A stretch of 32,911 bases of DNA from Myxococcota bacterium (GTDB lineage: Bacteria; Myxococcota; UBA4151): the NCBI GenBank assembly GCA_040260805.1, contig JBDQPD010000036.1:1-32911 (forward strand), read 5' to 3'. Below, piece by piece: positions 8,623-17,840 of the stretch. The number at the start of each line of letters is the position of its first letter. Positions within the stretch are counted from its first letter, which is position 1. The notes under the pieces are model-generated. The model saw only the letters and a list, made by a program, of their open reading frames with translations, was not told the DNA's origin and made no database searches. The translations under genes were made by a program, and so were the position numbers.

Positions 8623-11514
8623 ATGCGACACTTATTCAGCCTTACTTTGGTCCTCGTTGGAACCAGCTGTGCCAGCTCAGATGACGTGGTCGCCGACCCT
8701 GTCTGCCGCAACGGCGTGGTTGAAGGGGCGGAAGCCTGTGATGATGGAAACGGTATCGACAATGATGGTTGCTCGAACGACTGCGTGCCCAGCTTTTGCG
8801 GCGATGGGGTCACCCACGAAACCGAAAGCTGCGATGACGGCAACACCAGCAACGAAGACGCTTGCATCGAAGGCTGCGTTGCCGCCCGCTGCGGCGATGG
8901 CTTCACCCATATTGGGGTCGAAGACTGCGACGATGGCAACATCGAAGAGGGTGATGCCTGCCTCAACAGCTGCGTCGCCAACGCCTGCGGTGACGGCGTT
9001 CTTAACGTCAACGTCGAGTTTTGTGACGATGGGAATCGCGTCGACACGGATGATTGCACCAACGCCTGTGAGCCTTCTCGCTGCGGTGACGGCATTGTCC
9101 AAACCGATGTCGAGGCCTGCGATGATGGCAACAGCATCGATGAAGACGAATGCACCTCAAGCTGCGAGCTTGCGCGATGCGGCGATGGCTTCGTCCAAGC
9201 CGGCGAAGGGTGTGATGATGGCAATGAAGATGACACTGACGAATGCAGTAACGCCTGCGCCTTGGGCAGCTGCGGCGATGGCATCGTCCAAGCTGGAGAG
9301 GCTTGTGATGATGGAAACGTCGAAGACTCCGATGCTTGTCTGAGCACCTGCGTCGCCGCAAGCTGCGGCGATAGCGCCGTACAGATCGGCGTTGAAGAAT
9401 GCGATGATGGCGACCAAGACACCACCGACGACTGCACCAACGCTTGCGCCGCTGCTCGCTGCGGAGACGGCCTGGTTTGGGCCGATCAAGAAGCTTGTGA
9501 TGACGGCAACATCATCAACACCGACGGATGCACCAACGCCTGCGCCCTCGCCGCCTGCGGCGACGGTATCATTCATGAGGGCGCCGAAAGCTGCGACGAT
9601 GGAAACCAAGTTCAAACCGATGCGTGCCTGAACAACTGCAGCGAAGCTCGCTGCGGTGATGGGTTTGCGCACGAGGGGGTAGAGGCCTGCGATGATGGCA
9701 ACGAGCTGCAAACCGACGCGTGCCTCGTTGGCTGCCTAGTCGCCACTTGCGGTGATGGATTCATCCACGAGGGCGTTGAAGAATGTGACGACCAAAACAA
9801 TGACTTCACCGATCGATGTGCCGACAACTGCCGTGAGGCTCGCTGCGGCGATGGTCACCTGCAAGCAGGGGTCGAAGACTGCGATGATGGTAACCTCGAA
9901 AACGGAGATGGCTGCGACGCCGAGTGCGGTAATGAGCGCCCGCGCATCGACCCTGCTCAAGAGGGTCTGATTGGACGTCTGCTCAGCGGCGAGGTCGAGA
10001 GCGGCTCACTCAGTCACGTGCTCGTCACCTACGCCAACGCCTCGAACCTGCAAGAGCGCGGCTTTGTGGTGCAAGCACACCCTGACGGCCGCGCCCTGGC
10101 GATCAGCGTCTCGGCGGCGTCTCTGCAACTGCGCGCTGGCGACATCATCAACATCGACGTCACCCGCACCTACGCGATCGGCGGCATGCGACGAGGTGGA
10201 GCCGTTGCGAACCTAGAACTCTTAGCACGCGATGAGCCTTTGGAGCGGTGGACTCACGACCTGAGCGATCGCCAAACCCTGCCCACCGAGGCGATGGCTT
10301 TTTGGCGGGTTAGCGCACGAATCAACGTCGCCGCCGACCTCACCTCCGCAGGCGGTAACTACGTGAGCACTACCGCCAACACGGCGGGCTTAGCAGGCCG
10401 ATCTGAGGCGCAATTTCGTATTAATAACACGCTTCAAAGCGCATTGTGGATTGAGGACACCTGCCAGTTTACGGTCACCGGTGTACCGCTGGTTCGCTAC
10501 GGATCCAACAGCCAATACACGCCGACGCGCCTGTCAGAGGTAGAAGTCCACAGCTGCCCGCCAACCGGCGTCATTGCGAAGAGCACTCCGTCATCGACAA
10601 GCGTACGAATTGAAATGCGACGAAACCTGCTGGCCGACACCGTCAGCGCCGAGGACCTCTCGATTATCACCGAGCCAAACGGACCACAGCTTCAGGTTCA
10701 AGCTGCGCAGGTCGAGCTCGGGCGCTTCTTAGTGGTCACCACGGCGCCACAAACCCCGGGGCTGCTGTACCGGCTGGACCTCCGAGGCGAGATCCATGAT
10801 CTGACCGGACGAAACATCATATTTAATGGTCAACCTGCAGAGAATTTTGTCGGGTATCGCCCGCCCGCTCGCTTGCTGATCAACGAGCTCAACGCCAACG
10901 TCAGGAGCGGTTGCGACCTGATCGAGTTCCGAGTGACTCAAGGCGGCTTGCTCCGCCATACGGTCAAGGAACGCACGACCGTCGTTCACACCTTCCCGGA
11001 GATGATGGTTGAGACCGATGACATCGTGGTCTTGCACTTCAACAAGGGCAGCACGACCTGTCTGCAAAATGTCGAAGTGGATGCGTCGCCAGGGAACGAA
11101 ACCCGCTCCAAAACCGAATTTGCAAACGCCCAGTTTGCCGCCAACTACAACGGGGCTTGGGATCACTGGACCACCGACGGCGGCCTGACCGCGACGGACA
11201 ACGTGATCACCTTATGGCTCGATGACGCCATCGTCGATGCGGTCTTGGTCAGCGACGCGCTGACGGGTAACGCCGCAGCAGCGTCGGAAACGGCTGCTCG
11301 CTATGTCGTGGAGGCAGCTCAATGGACCACCGAGAACGGTGTCGTCCCTGAAGGCGGCTTTGTGGATGGAGAGTTCAACGCCCACGCCGCTCAGGACCTG
11401 AACGGCGCCGGCACCTCGACGAACAGTCAAAGTATCCGCAGAACAGGCGAGACAGATCGCAACCACAAAGGAGACTGGTCCTTCGGCGAGAGCTCGTTTG
11501 GGCGAGCGAACTAA
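8623..11514 (+). CDS. Surface lipoprotein with Myxococcus Cys-rich (DUF4215-type) repeats, putative OB-fold/Ig-like region and C-terminal lamin-tail-like domain
   Basis: Signal [16 protein letters not shown]; 13 CGDG..E.CDDGN...D.C...C units; [14 protein letters not shown] resembles a lamin-tail domain start. Confidence 0.82.
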   Translation: MRHLFSLTLVLVGTSCASSDDVVADPVCRNGVVEGAEACDDGNGIDNDGCSNDCVPSFCGDGVTHETESCDDGNTSNEDACIEGCVAARCGDGFTHIGVEDCDDGNIEEGDACLNSCVANACGDGVLNVNVEFCDDGNRVDTDDCTNACEPSRCGDGIVQTDVEACDDGNSIDEDECTSSCELARCGDGFVQAGEGCDDGNEDDTDECSNACALGSCGDGIVQAGEACDDGNVEDSDACLSTCVAASCGDSAVQIGVEECDDGDQDTTDDCTNACAAARCGDGLVWADQEACDDGNIINTDGCTNACALAACGDGIIHEGAESCDDGNQVQTDACLNNCSEARCGDGFAHEGVEACDDGNELQTDACLVGCLVATCGDGFIHEGVEECDDQNNDFTDRCADNCREARCGDGHLQAGVEDCDDGNLENGDGCDAECGNERPRIDPAQEGLIGRLLSGEVESGSLSHVLVTYANASNLQERGFVVQAHPDGRALAISVSAASLQLRAGDIINIDVTRTYAIGGMRRGGAVANLELLARDEPLERWTHDLSDRQTLPTEAMAFWRVSARINVAADLTSAGGNYVSTTANTAGLAGRSEAQFRINNTLQSALWIEDTCQFTVTGVPLVRYGSNSQYTPTRLSEVEVHSCPPTGVIAKSTPSSTSVRIEMRRNLLADTVSAEDLSIITEPNGPQLQVQAAQVELGRFLVVTTAPQTPGLLYRLDLRGEIHDLTGRNIIFNGQPAENFVGYRPPARLLINELNANVRSGCDLIEFRVTQGGLLRHTVKERTTVVHTFPEMMVETDDIVVLHFNKGSTTCLQNVEVDASPGNETRSKTEFANAQFAANYNGAWDHWTTDGGLTATDNVITLWLDDAIVDAVLVSDALTGNAAAASETAARYVVEAAQWTTENGVVPEGGFVDGEFNAHAAQDLNGAGTSTNSQSIRRTGETDRNHKGDWSFGESSFGRAN
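8704..9930 (+). repeat. 13 imperfect coding tandem repeats (31-32 aa, 93-96 bp), 4 Cys each
   Basis: Counted from CRNGVVEG.. to ..DGCDAEC; recurrent tgcggcgatggc and tgcgatgatggcaac DNA. Confidence 0.9.
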
Positions 11515-13571
11515 AGCGCTAGTTGTCGCTCTTTAAGCGCTCGGATCTGATCACGCAGCTGGGCTGCCTCTTCGAACTGCAGCGCCTTGGCAGCGGCCCG
11601 CATCTGAGTCTCGAGTCGGTCAAGCTCAGCGCGTCCTGAGCCCGGTAAAAGGTCATCTCCGCCCAGAAACTCGAGCAAGTCCATCTGGTCGACATGGACC
11701 GCTCCATCGGTACCGCGCCGGCTCTGCCGGTGTTTGGCAACTCGAGGATCCGGACCCGCGTCAGAGTTGCGATGGTCGCGATCGATCGATTGGATCGCTC
11801 GCTGCGCAGCCTGAGGCGTTATACCGTGCTGCGCATTATGCGCCTCTTGGACAATCCGCCGGCGCTTCGTTTCGTCGAGCATCGCGGTCATCGAACGCGT
11901 CACTTTGTCAGCATATAAGATCGCTCGACCTTCGATATGACGAGCGGCGCGCCCCACGGTTTGAATCAAGCTTCGAGCGTTGCGCAAAAATCCTTCTCGG
12001 TCGGCGTCAAGGATCGCAACCAAGCTGACCTCAGGCAGATCCAAGCCCTCACGCAGCAAGTTAATGCCGATCAAAACATCGAAGATTCCTTGGCGCAACT
12101 CCGTGAGAATTTCGATGCGCTCGAGCGTGTCCACGTCGCTGTGTAGATACCGGACGCGAACGCCGACCTCGGCATAATAATCCGCCAGATTCTCTGCCAT
12201 TCGTTTGGTCAGCGTCGTCACCAGCACCCGCTGATCTTTAGCGACGCGCTGGCGGATCTCATCGAGAAGATCGTCCACTTGACCTTGGACCGGCCGGATC
12301 TCGACAGTGGGGTCAAGCAGCCCGGTCGGACGAACCACCTGCTCAACGACCACACCCGCTGTCCGCTCAAGCTCGAAGTCGCCTGGAGTCGCTGAAACAA
12401 AGACGGTTTGCGGACGACCTTCGTCCCATTCATCAAACCGCAGCGGGCGGTTATCCAGCGCACTCGGCAAGCGAAACCCATGATCAACGAGGGTTGTTTT
12501 ACGGCTCCGGTCGCCTTTGAACATGGCGCGAATCTGTCCCACCGTGACGTGGCTCTCATCGACCATGAGCATCGCATTATCGGGTAAGTACTCGAACAAG
12601 GTTGGCGGCGGCTGACCGGCGGACCGACCACTAAACCAGCGGCTGTAGTTTTCGATTCCCGGGCAACGACCGGTCTGCTCAATCATCTCGAGATCGTGCA
12701 GCGTTCGCTCGCGCAAGCGCTGCTCTTCAAGCAGTTTGGAGTCCTCTGAGAAGCTGCGAAGGCTAAGCCCCAATTCGTCACGAATACCGGTCAACGCGGC
12801 ATGCATCTGATCCGGTGGGATGACATAGTGTGAGGCTGGGAAAATAGCGGCTCTAGGCAATTGCTCGAGGCGCTGGCCGGTCAGGGAATCAATCGCGCTG
12901 ATGCGCTCGACTTCGTCACCGAAAAACTCGATACGTAGGGCGCGGCTGTCCTCGTGCGCTGGATAGACCTCAACGGTGTCGCCGCGCACTCGAAAGCACC
13001 CCCGATGAAAATCGACGTCATTGCGCTCATAGGAGGCTTCGATCAAGCGGTACAAAAAGGCTTTACGGTCGAGGGTTTGCCCCTCTTCGACAGTGACCAA
13101 CATCTGCGCCCAGGCTTCGGCTGAGCCGATGCCGTAGATGCATGAAACCGAAGCGACGACCACCACATCTTCCCGGGTGAGCAAACTCCGAGTCGCTCGA
13201 TGTCGAAGTCGGTCGATCTCTTCATTAATCGATGAGTCCTTCTCGATGAAGGTGTCGGACGAAGGCACATAAGCCTCGGGCTGATAATAATCGTAGTACG
13301 ATACAAAATATTCGACCGCGGCCTCGGGCAACAGATTCTTCATCTCTTGGTAGAGTTGAGCGGCCAGCGTCTTGTTGTGCGCCATGATCAGGGCAGGCCG
13401 TTTCGCTTGGGCGATGACCTGAGCCATGGTGAAGGTTTTCCCTGAACCGGTCACCCCAAGCAGGACCTGGTCGGCCTGGCCTTCTTCGAGGCCACGCAGT
13501 AAGGCTTCGATAGCTTTGGGCTGATCACCCGCAGGGGTGAAAGCGCTCGTAACGGACCAGGACGAATTCAT
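11511..13571 (-). CDS. uvrB: Excinuclease ABC subunit B
   Basis: [58 protein letters not shown]-terminal [12 protein letters not shown] domain; ATG 13571 with GGAG RBS. Confidence 0.98.
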   Translation of the reverse strand: MNSSWSVTSAFTPAGDQPKAIEALLRGLEEGQADQVLLGVTGSGKTFTMAQVIAQAKRPALIMAHNKTLAAQLYQEMKNLLPEAAVEYFVSYYDYYQPEAYVPSSDTFIEKDSSINEEIDRLRHRATRSLLTREDVVVVASVSCIYGIGSAEAWAQMLVTVEEGQTLDRKAFLYRLIEASYERNDVDFHRGCFRVRGDTVEVYPAHEDSRALRIEFFGDEVERISAIDSLTGQRLEQLPRAAIFPASHYVIPPDQMHAALTGIRDELGLSLRSFSEDSKLLEEQRLRERTLHDLEMIEQTGRCPGIENYSRWFSGRSAGQPPPTLFEYLPDNAMLMVDESHVTVGQIRAMFKGDRSRKTTLVDHGFRLPSALDNRPLRFDEWDEGRPQTVFVSATPGDFELERTAGVVVEQVVRPTGLLDPTVEIRPVQGQVDDLLDEIRQRVAKDQRVLVTTLTKRMAENLADYYAEVGVRVRYLHSDVDTLERIEILTELRQGIFDVLIGINLLREGLDLPEVSLVAILDADREGFLRNARSLIQTVGRAARHIEGRAILYADKVTRSMTAMLDETKRRRIVQEAHNAQHGITPQAAQRAIQSIDRDHRNSDAGPDPRVAKHRQSRRGTDGAVHVDQMDLLEFLGGDDLLPGSGRAELDRLETQMRAAAKALQFEEAAQLRDQIRALKERQLAL

Positions 13572-13631
13572 GTGCTCTCCAAACCCCACGATGGGATGCC
13601 CAATTCAACGCAAATCGGCTAGAGGCTAGGC

Positions 13632-16600
13632 ATGCGCTTGTATCTAGTGATGCTCATCATGGTCCTGATCCCCAAGCCTGCCATGGCTTTGACCATGGAC
13701 AGTGCGCCGGGTTTTGTCCTGAGCAAAGTCAATGATTTGATCAAAGGAACCGTTCGATCCGGTTCGGTCTCTTTTAGCGCGTCCAATGGCCTCATTCTTC
13801 GCCAAGCCGAATTGCTCGCACCCGGTGGTCGCTTGGTGCTCTCGGCTCGTCGTATCCAAGTACGAGTAGGCCTGCTTGACCTGCTCAAGTCGACCGTCAT
13901 CATCCAAGAAGTGAGCATCTCAGGCCTCAACGCCAAAGTTCGAGAAAACAAGCAGGGCAAACTCGATTTTTTAGAGGCGATCTCACTGAACAAACCGAGC
14001 ACCAGCAGCAGCGAGAGCGGCGGCGGTATTCGAGTCGGCAAACTCAGCATTTCCAGCAGCTCGGTGGGGCTGGATCTCGCGGCGATTAAATTGCGCCTGA
14101 GCGATCTAAATATTTCAGGGAGCCTAGAAGCCACTGGGCAATTTCGCGCAGACCTTTCAGTGTCCGCAGGCGCCACCAGCGTCACCCAACCCGGACGAGG
14201 CACCCCTAAAGTCGCCTTAAACTTCCCCGGGATCCGACTAGCAAGACTCGGGATCGGGACGCACACCATCCGAATCAGCGGTGGCAAGATCCGAATCTCT
14301 AAAAAGAACGTCTTGAGTTTAGGGGGGCTACTGCGCCCCTCAGCAGGACGGATCGATATGCGTTTAGGGGGCGATCTTCCGGACGGCTGGGTTCGCTCCA
14401 TCTTACCGCAAAATGGCAAGAGCATCCCAAAGATGCGGCAGGTTCGGGTCGATGTGCATTTGGGCGGCAAACTCAGCGACCCACAAATCGGAATCTCTGC
14501 AAGCGCAGCAGGAATTGAGCTTGGCGAGTCTGCGCCTACGCTCAAAGACATTCAACTCGCTGCGATTATGAAGGGTACAACGCTCAGCCTGACTCGGGTT
14601 TCTGGAACCACCTATGGCGGACGACTCACCCTGACAGGCCAGCTCAAACTCGCCGACTCGATGAGTATTAATGGTGACCTTCGACTCGTCGATATCCGGC
14701 TGGCAAAAGTTCACTCCTCGCTGGCGAGCTACGGTGGACTGTTCACCGGTCGAGCGTTGATCTCTGGAGCCCTTGCGCTATCCGATGCAGACCCCTTGTC
14801 GATTCGCCTGCGCGGTCGCCTCAAGAACACCAAGATTCCATCGATCGGCCGACGGTCTGCTGATTTAGACGTCCTGGTTCTCCAAGGTAAATCCACCCGA
14901 ATTATGCCGAGTCAGGCATCGATCAACGGCAATATTTTCAGCTTTCAAGGACTGGTCGCTCCCAAGATTGATCTGACCTGGAGCGCGCAGCTTTCCAACG
15001 CTCGAAGGCTGCTCAAAAACATTGGGGGCGACAGCTTACCCCCGGTGATCACAGCCAGCGGACGGCTTCGACTCAAGCCGCATCTTCGACTCGATTACCG
15101 GGTCGACACCAAGCCCTTTGAACTCGCCGATCAAAATATCGGTGCGATCAGCGCGCAGGGGTTTATGGATCCTTGGTCCGTGCATCTCAACACCCTCAAA
15201 ACGACGCTCAATGGCGCGCCGCTGAGCGGGAAAATCCGCTTGCCGATCAAGCGCCCAAAACAGCCGGTCGGGAGATTAAGCCTGATCGGCTACGAGCTCC
15301 CTGGGCAATCAGGAAAAGCCAGCTTAGACCTAGCCTCTGACACAGAAGGAAAATGGCAAGGCACGGCGTTAATCGATGGCCTAAAGGCTGGCGGACTTGC
15401 GCTCGGCAATCTTGAGCTTTTGCTGCGATACGACGGCCGGCGAGCAGAACTGAGAGCTATTGATTGGGATGATGGTCCCGGCATTTTATCCGGCGCCATC
15501 GGTGTGGACCTCAAAACGCTTCGAACCGACGGGCAGATTGACCTGTTCGTTGATCAAACGGGTCTTGAGTTGATCGCCGGGCCTCAGGTCAAAGGCCTGC
15601 TCAAAGTACGCCTCGAACCCAAGGGTGAGTTGAAGCACCCTGCAGCTAGGATCAATGTAGAGTTCAAGGGCTTTAGCTTTGGTGGCATCCCCTTGCGTGA
15701 TGGTAATCTAACGCTAGCGGGGACCCCCGACTCACTTGGCGGAGTCTTGACCACACAAGGCAACGGAACGGGGCGCGGAACGGTTCGACTGACCGACCGA
15801 TTCAAAAAGCTCGATCTCAATTTAAAACTGACCGCTTTTCGTCTCGAGTCCCTACCCATCGACCTGCCCGGCTTAGAGGCCCTAGCTGATATTGACCTTC
15901 GACTCAGCGGCGCGCTGACGAAGCCTGAGGGCGAGGTTCAAGTCCGGCTGCGCGACGTGGCTGTGGATGACCGGCTCGTTGGGAACGGGAGAGGGCGAAT
16001 CAGCGCGCAAATCCAAGGTGAATCGCTCACCGCTGACCTCGACTTATTAGGTTGGGTTCTCGGCGACATCACCGCCTCTTATCCTACTTTTGACCCGATC
16101 CAAGCGCGTCTCAATATCGACGCTCAAGGCCTGCAATGGATGATCCCTGGGCTAGCCGGTGGGGGCACCGAAATTGATCTGAGTGCGAGGGCTTTGCTCG
16201 GGCTTCGTCAGGGGGAACCCGAGGCGAGTATACTGATTGATCGACTGCGAGTTGGTAACCCAGGCCTATGGGAAGAAGAGCTCGAAAACGATGGTGAATT
16301 AGTGATCGGCTTTTCCGGCGGCCGAGCCCGTTGTGAGCGGCTCTTGCTGAAGATGGGTAAGGGGACCGCTGAACTGCGCGGCTGGATTGAAACCGACGAC
16401 GACGACGCACGCGCCAACCTGCACGTAAACAGCAGCCTTCCCCTTGAGTTGCTTCAGCTCGTTGATCCGCGGTTTTCGCTGACACGAGGTCGCGTGCGGA
16501 TCTCGGGCAGTCTACGAGGCCGCTGGAAAAAGGAACCTCGCCTACTCGCTGAGATCGAACCCGACCCAGGCACCACCTTTGTCCACTCAGCCTACCCAAG

Positions 16601-17840
16601 GCAGGTCACGCTCGCCGGTGGCGCCATTCGCCTTGAGGACCAACTGGTTCTCGTCGAGGACATCAAGCTCGAAAGTGGCAGTGGTGAGGTTCGGCTCGGA
16701 GGCAATCTCACGCTCGACGCGTTCACACCCACGGCAATGGACCTTCAACTCGGCGTCACCAACCTGCTGGTTCGACATGAGGATCAATTCGTTGAATTTT
16801 CATCCGATCTGGAAGCGACCGGGCCAATCGACAGCGCTAAAATACAGGGTCAGCTAGCGATTTTAGGGGGTAAGATTGAGCAAAACCTCAACATTACGAA
16901 CTTTGTCTTCTCGACCCACCAAGAAGGTTCCGGTCCCAGCCTAGCTGAGCGACTTGGGCGCTTCGCTACCACTGAGCTCGATGTCGAGATCACCAGCGCA
17001 GCGGGCTTACAGATCAACGCAGGGCTGCCTTTATTCAGTATCCAAGTACGGCCAACCTTAGATCTTCGCCTGGTCGGTCAACTGGCCGAGATCGGCATCC
17101 AAGGGGTGGTCGAAGTCGAAGAAGGGAACGGCGAAATCCTATTCCCAGAGGCAGCTTTCGTGATCGATAATGCGACCGTAGACCTTAGTCAGGATCCGTA
17201 CTTCGTGAGCCTGAACTCGGTCTGGGAGTACGTGCCACGACGCCAACAAAACAACGAGCAAGATGATGTGATCACCTTGAGGTTGGGCATCGACGGCCCG
17301 GTCGATCGCATGGAATTACGGCTTGATGCTCCCGACTATCCAGACCTCACACGCCCGCAGCTTCTCGGCATGCTGGCTCGTGGGCAAACCCCTGACCTCT
17401 TGATCGGTCAGAACTTAGGCGAGGACAATGGCGACGGCAGCTACAGTGATGTGGCGCTGCGCATGCTGACCGGGCAGATGTTCAAGCGCTTCGAGCGAGA
17501 ATTAGAGCGGGTGTTTAAGAGCACCTTCTCCCTGCCTCTCGATGCTGCCATCGACCTCGGTGTCGACACCCTGCGCATGCAAGGTGTCGTCAATCTCACC
17601 GAGCGATTCGAGGTCTCCGGCGAGACCGAAGTTGTTTTTGGAAGTGAAGACACCGAATCAGCCGAAGACAAACAAAGCGCAGCGAACACCAATAATGATC
17701 GGCAAAGCCTGCGAGGGACCTTTGTTTTGTCTGATGCCTGGCGCGCCGAAGCTGACCTTCGCAGCGGCTACCGAAGCAACGATGATGGCTCGATGCTCGA
17801 GCTTTTGCTCAACCTCCACTGGAGGCTCTGGGCACGCTGA
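13632..17840 (+). CDS. TamB/AsmA-like large periplasmic beta-taenia protein
   Basis: 1402 aa Gly/Leu-rich beta repeats, AsmA-like N-terminus, TamB-like C-terminal region (LDLRLVG, GPVDRMELRLDAPDYPDL..QLLGML); 1-nt overlap with Omp85 gene. Confidence 0.8.
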   Translation: MRLYLVMLIMVLIPKPAMALTMDSAPGFVLSKVNDLIKGTVRSGSVSFSASNGLILRQAELLAPGGRLVLSARRIQVRVGLLDLLKSTVIIQEVSISGLNAKVRENKQGKLDFLEAISLNKPSTSSSESGGGIRVGKLSISSSSVGLDLAAIKLRLSDLNISGSLEATGQFRADLSVSAGATSVTQPGRGTPKVALNFPGIRLARLGIGTHTIRISGGKIRISKKNVLSLGGLLRPSAGRIDMRLGGDLPDGWVRSILPQNGKSIPKMRQVRVDVHLGGKLSDPQIGISASAAGIELGESAPTLKDIQLAAIMKGTTLSLTRVSGTTYGGRLTLTGQLKLADSMSINGDLRLVDIRLAKVHSSLASYGGLFTGRALISGALALSDADPLSIRLRGRLKNTKIPSIGRRSADLDVLVLQGKSTRIMPSQASINGNIFSFQGLVAPKIDLTWSAQLSNARRLLKNIGGDSLPPVITASGRLRLKPHLRLDYRVDTKPFELADQNIGAISAQGFMDPWSVHLNTLKTTLNGAPLSGKIRLPIKRPKQPVGRLSLIGYELPGQSGKASLDLASDTEGKWQGTALIDGLKAGGLALGNLELLLRYDGRRAELRAIDWDDGPGILSGAIGVDLKTLRTDGQIDLFVDQTGLELIAGPQVKGLLKVRLEPKGELKHPAARINVEFKGFSFGGIPLRDGNLTLAGTPDSLGGVLTTQGNGTGRGTVRLTDRFKKLDLNLKLTAFRLESLPIDLPGLEALADIDLRLSGALTKPEGEVQVRLRDVAVDDRLVGNGRGRISAQIQGESLTADLDLLGWVLGDITASYPTFDPIQARLNIDAQGLQWMIPGLAGGGTEIDLSARALLGLRQGEPEASILIDRLRVGNPGLWEEELENDGELVIGFSGGRARCERLLLKMGKGTAELRGWIETDDDDARANLHVNSSLPLELLQLVDPRFSLTRGRVRISGSLRGRWKKEPRLLAEIEPDPGTTFVHSAYPRQVTLAGGAIRLEDQLVLVEDIKLESGSGEVRLGGNLTLDAFTPTAMDLQLGVTNLLVRHEDQFVEFSSDLEATGPIDSAKIQGQLAILGGKIEQNLNITNFVFSTHQEGSGPSLAERLGRFATTELDVEITSAAGLQINAGLPLFSIQVRPTLDLRLVGQLAEIGIQGVVEVEEGNGEILFPEAAFVIDNATVDLSQDPYFVSLNSVWEYVPRRQQNNEQDDVITLRLGIDGPVDRMELRLDAPDYPDLTRPQLLGMLARGQTPDLLIGQNLGEDNGDGSYSDVALRMLTGQMFKRFERELERVFKSTFSLPLDAAIDLGVDTLRMQGVVNLTERFEVSGETEVVFGSEDTESAEDKQSAANTNNDRQSLRGTFVLSDAWRAEADLRSGYRSNDDGSMLELLLNLHWRLWAR

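Noticed and set aside
8704..9930. Regularly spaced DNA repeats considered as a CRISPR array
   Set aside because: Degenerate at third codon positions, in-frame protein repeats, no cas genes
8601..9970. Several long alternative-frame and antisense ORFs over the Cys repeats (e.g. 8601-9440 minus, 8657-9343 plus)
   Set aside because: Shadows of the repetitive coding frame; Ser/Pro- or Ala/Met/Thr-rich with no independent signals
13572..13631. SOS/LexA box upstream of uvrB
   Set aside because: No CTGT-N8-ACAG or other convincing palindrome in the 60-nt divergent gap
13619..14551. 310-aa antisense ORF opposite the TamB-like gene
   Set aside because: Fully overlaps a convincing gene, no motifs; expected in GC-rich DNA
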